From NCBI GenBank assembly GCA_030141605.1, contig JAQGDQ010001100.1, positions 1 to 62,727 of the forward strand: a DNA stretch of 62,727 nucleotides, written 5' to 3'. Under the pieces are notes generated by a model. It was not told the DNA's origin. It did no database searches and was given only the letters and a program-made list of their open reading frames with translations. Shown in pieces: positions 52,785-62,727 of the stretch (the first letter of the stretch is position 1; the number at the start of each line of letters is the position of its first letter). This DNA comes from Tubiluchus corallicola. Taxonomy: Eukaryota; Animalia; Priapulida. The translations under genes and the position numbers were made by a program.

Positions 52785-53355
52785 AGCAAAACCGGACCCA
52801 ATCTTAAACTGTAATCCACTTTTTAAAATATTGAAAAGAAACACACTATTTTTTTCAAAAATCACTTACGTGAAAGAACTATTACCACACAAACACAATT
52901 TCACGTTCGCGCTGTTACATGTATTTCACCATTGGTTAGTTAGACGAGCACTAGCGCCCGCATTTCGGAAACGTATTGCACAAAAACAGGTGCTGCACCT
53001 CTCATTTCAGATGTGTTAGTTTGTGACGTACTATACACGTTCGGCAGCTCATGCGTGACCACAGCGGTAAATTTGAAATTTGAATTTTTATCTTAAAACA
53101 TGCCTAGTTTTAGTACAACACACTGAATACGTTACAGTTGCACTTACTAGTGCAACACGCTCGTGGAATATTTTTGCTGTTGAAAGTTAGGTTAGTTTGT
53201 GATGTCATCAATAGTTGGGCTCGCCCGCAGTTAATTGAGATTTTAATCTGTAATTTAATTATCAGAAACGTTTTGGAGTATTTATTGTGTTAAAATTTAC
53301 ACTTTTTATCGGACTTGGAAATGAGTTAGTGTATGAAAAATCATCCTGTTTTCCT
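52785..53355 (+). mobile_element. TTAA-MITE family A, near full-length copy with decayed TSDs
   Basis: AGCAAAACCGGACCC ... AATCATCCTGTTTTCCT. Confidence 0.9.
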
Positions 53356-54008
53356 GAAAATAATCATCCTGTTTATGGTTGAAACTTTGCCGATGATTGT
53401 GTTGGAATAAATAGCTAAGCACACGATCTTCAGCAGTTGATACTGTATCTGTTTTTCCACAGTTCAGACTGCTTAACCCTTGCTTAACCTACTACACGCC
53501 GACAAAGACAGCGGCATGGTGTCGTTTTGGCAGATTTTGGGTCAATCATAGCCACTTTAGAAGCGGGTCCACTGCGTCAGATCCATATCTTGATGACGAG
53601 GAAGTAACACGTCTTCCCTCATTAGCTATTAAGTAACGCAATTCTATTTTATCTGCAGCATCTATTCCATTTTGTGACCTGCCGCAATCATTTGCACGCG
53701 TAGGTGTCGCCACTGTCTGCTTATAATGTGCAAACGTAAGATACTTGTTTGACAGAAATTCTAGTTCAATTATAATAACTTAACGTTTAACGTAATAAGA
53801 CATTTTTGTGGCGGTCTCCTGACTCTGAAGCTTTGCATAATTTTTATTTTAACGAAAATAAAATAAACCGCAGAGATTGAAAAAAAACTTGGGCAATGCT
53901 AGATACTCTGACAAGAACTTTGTTCTTCCAGTCAGTCCAATCTGTGAATCAACCATTCTGGGTTGGTCGGTAAGCCACTCAGTCAGTCAACCAGGCAGGC
54001 GGGTGAAT

Positions 54009-54246
54009 CCAACTATTGATGACATCACAAACTAACATAATTTTCAACAGCAAAGATATTCCACGAGCGTGTTGCACGTGTTTGCGAAAGAGAAAATTGA
54101 ACTAGTTTCGTGAACGCGAAATTGTGTTTGTGTGGTAATAATTCTTTCACGTAAGTCATTTTTGAAAAAAAATAGTATGTTTCCTTTCAATATTTTAATG
54201 AGTAGATTATTTTGACCCACAGTTTAAGATTGGGTCCAGCTTTGCT
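54009..54246 (-). mobile_element. TTAA-MITE family A, deleted copy
   Basis: Two family A blocks joined at AACTAGT; ends GGGTCCAGCTTTGCT|TTAA. Confidence 0.85.
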
Positions 54247-54774
54247 TTAAGGAAGACACACTAACACTTTCATTTCGGTCTCGCCTTTACACTAATAACC
54301 ACTGGCCAGTCAGCTAGTCACCCTCTTGGATTCCTCTATTAAAATTCAACTTGCAAGTTAACTTCACGTTTAACCACACCATAAACTAATCGCCTTGATT
54401 ATAAACCATTTTGAATTTGATGTGAACGCATCTCTATTGAATACAATGAGGAAAGGCCTTCATAAACTGTGCGTTAATAGTGGGCTTGGTGCTGCACAGT
54501 GAAATTTTATTGTTGAAGACATTAAAAGTCAGGTCCATAAAATGTTCGGTTAAGAGGAGTCCCTTATTTCAACTCGCTGAACTGGGACAGCGTGGGTAAT
54601 TCTGCTTGAATTCATTTGTATAGACATTTACTATTTAGGATTTCAGTTAGAAGATAAACGAACTGCACAGTCGTAGGTGATTTTGGCTATTACATTCTGG
54701 AAAATTATGATTTTAGGAAGTTGCGCTTGTATAGTAATGTCGTTGTGAGTTGGTTATTGTTTTGAAGTGCTTAA

Positions 54775-55441
54775 AGGAAAAGAAACAGGGCACCTGAAGT
54801 AGGTTTCAGAAAAATCGCCTTAAAAACTTTACAGCAATTTTATGCATATATCGTACTCGCGGAATTTTTGTTTGTTTTCAAGTTAAACCTCCTGCAATAC
54901 TGTTCTGACCATTACATGACGTCGCTATGCAGGGGAAGAAAATCGGGGAAGAAAAGGAAATGTTAAATTATGTCCCAAAAACTTTCCATGCAAAATTATA
55001 TTACATAGCATTTCTCTTACCTGTTGGAAAGACTTGTGTAACTAGAAAAGAAAATCATTAATTATTTAAAATGTTTTTAACAATTGGTAAAATGTCGTTA
55101 ACTCACCTCCATGGTGCACCACTCACTAACCAAAAAACGTATTTTTAATCTTGTTGACACGATAGAGTAATTTATAATTTTACTTAATTAGTAACACGTG
55201 TGCTACGAATGTTCTGATAATTTTTCCAAACTTCACAAAATGTTATGTAAACTTGTTTCAAATGACCTGCTATTAAAATGTCTGCGATAAACGGTCATCG
55301 CGGGAGTTTAAATTTTCAAGTTTTATACAGCATTACTGCCGACGCGGGCCCTGCGTGCAAAAAGGCAGCACTTGGTAAGTGGTATAAAATTTGAAGACGA
55401 ATATTTTAAGCTTTGTGCAAGTGGGGAGGTTTTCTTTTGCT
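54775..55441 (+). mobile_element. TTAA-MITE family B, full-length copy (667 bp)
   Basis: TTAA both sides; TIRs AGGAAAAGAAAC / GTTTTCTTTTGCT. Confidence 0.9.
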
Positions 55442-55717
55442 TTAAATACGTCCCATTTTCTTGTCATTTAATTGACAAATGAAACCATGGGAAGGAGCTT
55501 ATCTCTTGGTACCATTTTTCATTTCCCATTTTCAGCATCGTCATCATTACTCGCCGCTATCATTATTGAAACCATTTTTTGTAGCACATCGTCATCATTG
55601 TCATTGTCATTTTCATGATCGCCGTGGTCGTGGCTGCCATCACCTGAAAAACACACCTATGTTATAACTTCACAAGCTTTAGAGATTGTTTTAAACAACA
55701 ATTATTTCTTTTCAATT

Positions 55718-56620
55718 CTCACTCACTCACTCACTCACTCATTCACTCACTCACTCACTCACTCACTCACTCACTCACTCAATCTCTTTCTCTCACTCAC
55801 TCACTCACACTCACTCACTCACTCACTCACTCACTCACTCAGTCACTCTCTCACTCACTCACTCACTCACTCACTCACTCACTCACTCACTCACTCACTC
55901 ACTCACTCTCTCACTCTCTCACTCTCTCACTCTCTCACTCACTCACTCACTCACTCACTCACTCACTCACTCACTCACTCACTCACTCACTCACTCACTC
56001 ACTCACTCACTCACTCACTCACTCACTCACTCACTCACTCAATCACTCAATCACTCACTCACGCACTCACTCACTCACTCACTCACTCACTCATCCACTC
56101 ACACACTCTCTCTCACCCACTCACTCTCTTTCTCTCACTCACTCACTCACACTCACTCACACTCACTCACTCACTCACTCAGTCACTCTCACTCACTCAC
56201 TCACTCACTCACTCACTCACTCACTCACTCACTCACTCACTCACTCAATCTCTTTCTCTCACTCACTCACTCACACTCACTCACTCACACTCACTCACTC
56301 ACTCAGTCACTCACTCACTCACTCACTCACTCACTCACTCACTCACTCACTCACTCTCTCTCTCTCTCTCTCTCACTCTCTCACTCTCTCACTCTCTCAC
56401 TCTCTCACTCACTCACTCACTCACTCACTCACTCACGCACTCACTCACTCACTCACTCACTCACTCACTCACTCACACACTCTCTCTCACCCACTCACTC
56501 TTTCTCTCTCTCTCTCACTCACTCACTCACTCACTCACTCACTCACTCACTCACTCACTCACTCACTCACTCACTCACTCTCTCATCCACTTTCTCTCTC
56601 TCTCGCTTACTCTCTCTCTG
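55718..56620. repeat. (CACT)n tetranucleotide array with internal block duplications
   Basis: 4-bp periodicity; interrupting motif CAATCTCTTTCTCT recurs at 55780 and 56246. Confidence 0.97.
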
Positions 56621-56764
56621 TTCCACATTATCGTCGTTGCTCTCGTCGTCGCCGTGAACATAATCATAACTTCACAAGTTTATTGAAGCTAACAGTTCCG
56701 TAGACTATGTTGAAGCCATAACTTTTTAAACTGTTCATACTTGTGTCCATTTCTTGGAATTTTC

Positions 56765-56860
56765 CATTGCAGGTTATCGTACGTTGGTTTAAATGGCTTC
56801 CTTGCAGCTTACAATGGTTTAAATGGCTTCCATTGCAGGCTACATTGGTTTAAATGGTTT
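56765..56860. repeat. ~31-bp tandem repeat, ~3 units
   Basis: TGGTTTAAATGGCTTCC..TGCAG. Confidence 0.85.
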
Positions 56861-57084
56861 CTCGGCTTTTATTGCGCCGTGTTGGCTATTATCCCGCCAG
56901 CCGTCTAATGGTTCTTGGCGCCAAAGTGGCAAAAAGGAGGAAAACTAGCATTTCTGTAGCTGGTCAGATTGTACTAACGACTACATTGTCCAAGTGCAAT
57001 TTATAGATCTAATAGTGATAATTGATTAATATCCTCTTATTAGGTCTTAGGAACTTCCATTTTTGGTTTTTCCTAGTGTCTATC

Positions 57085-57261
57085 TGTCCTTTCCTCTCCC
57101 TCTCTTGCATTCTCTTTTCTGCTGCCCATCTATCACTTTCTCCCCCCCCCCCCGCCACTTTCTCTTTATGCCTCTCCTTTTTTTCTATCTTTTTCTCTGT
57201 TTAGGATTCTATTTCTCTGTTTCCGTTTCTGTTTCTCTCTCTCTCTCTGTCTGCCTCTCCC

Positions 57262-57296
<35 letters not shown>

Positions 57297-57313
57297 GCTC
57301 TCTCGCTCCCTCG

Positions 57314-57372
<59 letters not shown>

Positions 57373-57435
57373 CCTCCCCTCCCTGCCTGCCTGTCTCCCT
57401 CTCTCTGTCTGCCTCTCCCCCCCTCTCTCTCTCTC

Positions 57436-57479
<44 letters not shown>

Positions 57480-57500
57480 CCACTCTCTCTCCTCTCTGTT
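57085..57500. repeat. CT-rich compound microsatellite
   Basis: (CT)n, (CTGT)n. Confidence 0.93.
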
Positions 57501-58229
57501 TCGTACTTTCGCGTTCATGATCTCTGCCTCACTTTTTTCACGTTCTTTATCTTCTGCCTTTTGAGCGTCCTGACGTCATCGGTTTCATTTTGCTAGAACA
57601 ATATGCATTCACATTATTTTCCTTCCTCTCTGCTTGTCCAGTTACATTTTTGAAGAAAATTTAGCAAATTGGGACGTTTCATCAATCAAAATTAAACCGA
57701 TTGCTCAAAGCCTCAAAAGAGCGCCGCGAGGTTTCCCGCGCTAATGACATCTGGTGTCGGTTACAGCCGAACAAGTGAACAGCTACTTCTCTATCACCGC
57801 TTTACAAGTGAACAGGCTTTTCCCATTGGCTACGTTTAATTGGAACTTCGATTTTTTTGTGAAGCTAAGACGCCTGATGAAGAATAACGGTAATCCCGCC
57901 GGTGTGTTAATTACGAGCAATAATTAGCAAGCACCAGGCTGCGTCATACGACAAACTAGCTGGTCTTTGAAAAGAGTTAGAAATTCGATTAGCGATCGTG
58001 CAAATTTTGTTAATGATATTCATGAAGTGTCAGACTTGTATCGTGTTAACGTTGTTTACAACTTTGGCCAAATTTACATAATTATGATTTACTTCATTCG
58101 TTTATGGTAAAGCTTGTTTAATAATAAATCAGGTAATAAAGCCTGTTTTATTAGTAAAGGGATCATTATTTCTTCTTCTCTTTTTTCTCAATGTTTGGTA
58201 CTCGGTTTTTCTCTGCCATTACATCACGT

Positions 58230-58334
58230 GCCTCTCCCTCACACCTTCCCTCTCTTCTTCCCTTTCTCTCTTTTCGTCTCTTTCTCTCCCTACCTCTCCC
58301 TTCCTCCCCCTCCTTTTCTATGTGTGTCTATCAC

Positions 58335-58367
<33 letters not shown>

Positions 58368-58370
58368 TTA

Positions 58371-58425
<55 letters not shown>
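58230..58425. repeat. CT-rich microsatellite
   Basis: (CT)n. Confidence 0.93.
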
Positions 58426-58426
<1 letters not shown>

Positions 58427-59303
58427 CTTATTCCATTGTCCATGATTTCTGTGCTGAACCATTCTCATGGTCTCACCTGCATTGAGTTTCCTTTTGTGTG
58501 ACTTCACTTCCTTCTATTTCCCACTCTTTTTAACTGACAGCTCCCTTCAGTTTCAAGTTTTTCAAAACGAGAAGAGCAGAAATACAGATGCTTGGGCAGC
58601 ACATTTCATGCAGTTGCCGTATTAATGCCAAAAATTTGTGAGGGTACCATTACAGCTAAGCTGTGAGGGTTGGAAATAGGAGTGATACTTGTCACGAGTG
58701 TTAATTATAATTGGAATGGTACATCCGCGTGCTAAAAAGCTATATTGCCTTCTGTCCGCCAAAGTTTAGACATTGCCATACATTTTCTTTTGTACTCAAA
58801 GACCTCTCAATACTCGAACATTCTAATTCATCTTTTATCGCTCTTGTACACAAGCGGCGCGACGCGGTAAAAGCGGCAAGCGTAATTCCTCGCCAAAGCG
58901 AAAACTCCCAGAAGATTTTCTAAGCTAAGCCTTCAATTTCCTTCTGTTTTCTTTTTAAGTTATGCTCTCTGTAGAATATTTTTAACTGGCTGATTTGCTG
59001 GCTGTTAAGCCCTACAAAAAGCTAGCTGGAGTATAAGTGGTTTCAGTGTTGATCTCATTTTGCAAAGGTGTGGGCAGGCTGTTAAGTGCATGGGCTACCT
59101 GCATATGAAGATGGTGGGAACTTCAGTTAATGACGATAGTAGGATCTCTTCTTTTCCCCCTCTCTCTCTTACAGAGTCTCTCCCCCTCTTTGTGTGTCTC
59201 TTTCATTCAATCACCTCTCTCTTTCTCCCTTTTTCTCACTCACTATTTTTTCTCTTTCTTTGTCTGTCTAACTGTCTCTGTCACTTTTTCTGCGTCTTAT
59301 TAA

Positions 59304-59537
59304 GTGTGCATATTGTCTAAATACATCATTGTTTCAGACAGTGTGCATATTGTCTAAATATATCATTGTTTCAGACAGTGTGCATATTGTCTAAATATAT
59401 CATTGTTTCAGACAGTGTGCATATTGTGTAAATGTATCATTGTTATCATTGTTTCAGACAGTGTGCATATTGTGTAAATGTATCATTGTTTCAGACAGTG
59501 TGCATATTGTCTATATATGTCATTGTTTCAGACAGTG
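59304..59537. repeat. 37-bp tandem repeat, ~6 units
   Basis: GTGTGCATATTGTCTAAATATATCATTGTTTCAGACA. Confidence 0.96.
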
Positions 59538-59989
59538 TAGAAATGATGGCGATACAGCAAATATCAGAAGTCCACTAATTAATTCTTATTTTGTGACTGG
59601 AAGCTTAACAAACTACCTTAGTCACGCTACGGTTGTAATCACTCTTATCTCTGCCTCTTTCAGACAAATTGTTATGCAAACTGCAAAATCAATTGTCTTA
59701 ATTGCACTTGCGTGTGCGCTTTGGGAAGACAACCCAGGGGCTAGGAGGAAAATTCTAATATTCCTGCATGCAACGTGCGAGTTGTGTTATTCTGATTAGA
59801 GATGCAGTAGAGATTGTGGTTAAACTTGAAGGGGAAGGTTTGTAATGCCGGTTACATGAGGCAAAACTGTTTAATTTGTTCCCTAACTATAACTCTTTGT
59901 AACCATAAAAGAAGTCAAAATGCTCAATCAGTGTCAAAAATTCTTTATTTTTCTCAGAATCTTTTGACTTTCACAGACTTCGTCAGCTC

Positions 59990-60059
59990 TTTTCTTTGTC
60001 TCTCTCCTCTCTCCCTCCCCCTATCTCTATTTCTCTCTTCTCTCTCTCTTTCTCTCTCC

Positions 60060-60138
<79 letters not shown>

Positions 60139-60965
60139 CTTTCTCTCTCTCCTCTTCTCTTCTTCTCTTCTCTTCTCTTCTCTTCTCTTCTCTTCTCTTC
60201 TCTTCTCTTCTCTTCTCTTCTCTTCTCTTCTCTTCTCTTCTCTTCTCTTCTCTTCTCTTCTCTTCTCTTCTCTTCTCTTCTCTTCTCTTCTCTTCTCTTC
60301 TCTTCTCTTCTCTTCTCTTCTCTTCTCTTCTCTTCTCTTCTCTTCTCTTCTCTTCTCTTCTCTTCTCTTCTCTTCTCTTCTCTTCTCTTCTCTTCTCTTC
60401 TCGTCTCGTCTCGTCTCGTCTCGTCTCGTCTCGTCGTCTCGTCGTCTCGTCGTCTCGTCGTCTCGTCTCGTCTCGTCTCTCTTCCCTTCCCTTCCCGTCC
60501 CTTCTCTGCTTACTGCTATTGTTGCTGCTGCTGCTTTGTTGCTGTTGCTGTTACTACTGCTGCTGCTACCGTAAATGCTACTGCTCATTCTTACTGCTAC
60601 TACGACTACTACTGTAGTCACACTCCTATGGCTACTGCTACTGGTGCTACTGCTTCTACTTCTACTGTTACTACTACTATTACTGATACTGTCAGCGTTA
60701 CTACTACTGCAATTGCTTCTACTTTACTGCTACTTTTGCTGCTGCTGCTTTGTTGCTGTTGCTGTTACTACTGCAGCTGCTACTGTTAATGCTACTGTTC
60801 CTTCTTAATGTTACTGCTGCTTACTGCAACTACTGCAACTATTGTTACTGCTACTGTTGCTGCTGCTGCTACTACTGCTGCTGCTACTGTTAATGTTACA
60901 GCTCCTTATTGTTACTGCTGCGTACTGTAATTACTGCAGCTACTGCTACTTCTGAAGTTGTGCTG
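59990..60965. repeat. Compound simple-repeat tract: (CT)n, (TCTTC)n, (TCGTC)n, then degenerate (CTA/CTG/TTG)n
   Basis: Directly visible. Confidence 0.96.
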
Positions 60966-61611
60966 CTGGCGACTTTTCTACAAAAAAGTGCTGTACCTGT
61001 CTCCAAGTTATATTATTGCCTCTAGCACTTCTTCTGTATTTATTCACTAGGGCTGCTGTCATGTCATCTCCACTTATTGCTTCTCTCTTGCTGAAAAGCT
61101 GGAAAAAGGCAAATGAAAATTGATTGCCCCGAAAATATTTATCTTTCTTTATAAAACTCCAATTACTAACTGCATATGCTGTCTGTGTCCTCTAGGGCAG
61201 CTGCTGTTAATTCTGTTTGTGTCGGGGGGGGGGGGGGGGGGGTTATAGGAGATTAATTTTATAATGTAAGAATATTTTTTCCCCCCAGGCGGCAGCACAC
61301 TCGCTAAATGTCATCAGACACAGAACAACGAGTATCAGAGTTGCAGGGATTTCATGTTTGAACCTTAGGCTATGTTCACGTATATTAACTGCGCCAGCTA
61401 AATCATCTCTAATGAACTCTTTTAGCAAATGTTGCAGTGTTGACTTTTTCTATGGGGTTGTGCTGAATAAAAGAGCTTGGCTGTTGGCTGTTGTCACACG
61501 CGGTAGAACCCCTTTTACTAGGGATCCAAGTCACAAGCATATTTATCTTTATCCTTTTTTCGTTCAACTGACTTGCAAAAAAACTTGTATATCTGATTGT
61601 ATTTACATCGA

Positions 61612-61972
61612 GTAAACCGCAACCTGCACAACTAGTAAGCAGAGTCGGCTCCTATAGTTCGCATCCACCCACAATCGTCTTCTGACGTGGCTGTGCAGCA
61701 ACCAAGCTGCACTTGATAACAATGTACTCTTCCCATTCATCGCGTAAACCGCAACCTGCATAACTAGTAAGCAGAGTCGGCTCCTCTAGTTCGCATCCAC
61801 CCACAATCGTCTTCTGACGTGGCTGTGTAGCAACCAACCTGCACTTGATAACAATGTACTCTTCCCATTCATCGCGTAAACCGCAACCTGCATAACTAGT
61901 AAGCAGAGTCGGCTCCTCTAGTTCACACCCACCCACACTCGTCTTCTGACGTGGCTGTGCAGCACCAACCTG
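61612..61972. repeat. 132-bp tandem repeat, 2.7 units
   Basis: GTAAACCGCAACCTGCA at 61612, 61744, 61876. Confidence 0.96.
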
Positions 61973-62339
61973 CGCAGAATTCAATTACAAATGTCTACTG
62001 TACATTCTAACACAACTCTAACAAATTACTCGAAATAGAATGAGAGCTTAAGCATTACTTAGTGTGTTCCGGTGAAGAGAAGTCTATTGTCTGCTTTTCA
62101 AAGCGTCCGTCTAAAGTCAATATTTTCTTAACTAAATTAGACAGGGCGATTATCTTCTGCACAGACTTTCGCTAAGGTATTTGGTTACTGGTTGAACTGG
62201 TGTGTGGATACTGGAAAATAAATTGTTTCCGCAATTGTGTTGCTATTATTCTTATTAACAAAACGTTTGAGTTTGAAAATCTAATGTACAGACTGCTAGA
62301 GGAATTGGCCTTTTGGTAAAAATTTGACCCCGTAAAGAT

Positions 62340-62727
62340 CAAGAAAAGGGGTACCTGAAGTAGGTTTCAGAAAAATCGCCTTAAAACCTATATGACTTTA
62401 TAACAATCTTATGCGTACATCGTACTCGCGTTAAAAGGAATTTTTGTTTGTTTTCATTTTAAATATCCCTCACTGCTGTTCCGACGGCGCCATTACATGA
62501 AGTCATATACGCACAACGTAAATCAGGGGAAGAAACGGCAATGTTAAATTATGACCCAAAAAACTTTCCGTGCAAATCTATATTACTTAGGATTTTGATT
62601 TCCTGCTGGAAAGACTTATGTAACTAGAAATAATAATTTAAAATGTCCATGCCAGTTGGTAAAATATCGCTGGCTCACTCTCCTGGGTACACCACTTACT
62701 AACCAAAAACGTATTTTTAATCTTATT
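62340..62727 (+). mobile_element. TTAA-MITE family B copy, cut by window end
   Basis: ACCTGAAGTAGGTTTCAGAAAAATCGCCTTAAAA shared with 54792 onward. Confidence 0.88.

Noticed and set aside
61222-61242. G homopolymer of about 20 nt (G-quadruplex potential)
   Set aside because: Simple run, length unreliable in assemblies, no contextual support
62069-62112. GTGAAGAGAAG...CTTTTCAAAGCGTC, a hammerhead-like remnant
   Set aside because: Both catalytic core segments are mutated; cannot be distinguished from chance

Overview
Repeat-rich, AT-rich eukaryotic (most likely invertebrate animal) non-coding DNA; the organism cannot be identified from this window. No recognisable protein-coding gene, tRNA, rRNA or CRISPR array is present, and nearly all ORFs in the track are microsatellite translations or chance ORFs. 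Main contents: (1) a near-identical inverted duplication of at least 1.35 kb (1-1486 vs 7844-9197) whose inner breakpoint falls in a 64-bp minisatellite; (2) about 18 copies of four TTAA-inserting non-autonomous DNA transposon families sharing AG(C/G)AA termini (Kolobok-like); (3) two hAT-type MITEs with exact 8-bp TSDs; (4) two Penelope-type terminal-repeat fragments carrying minimal hammerhead-ribozyme motifs; (5) several decayed LINE reverse-transcriptase remnants; (6) tandem arrays with 26, 37, 64, 72, 113 and 132 bp units, plus many microsatellites; (7) weak evidence for a + strand transcription unit (promoter-like cluster near 30 kb, a 55-nt exon at 35310, two YnCAG|GTAAGT sites). All alignments and folds were done by eye, and boundaries without a TSD are approximate.
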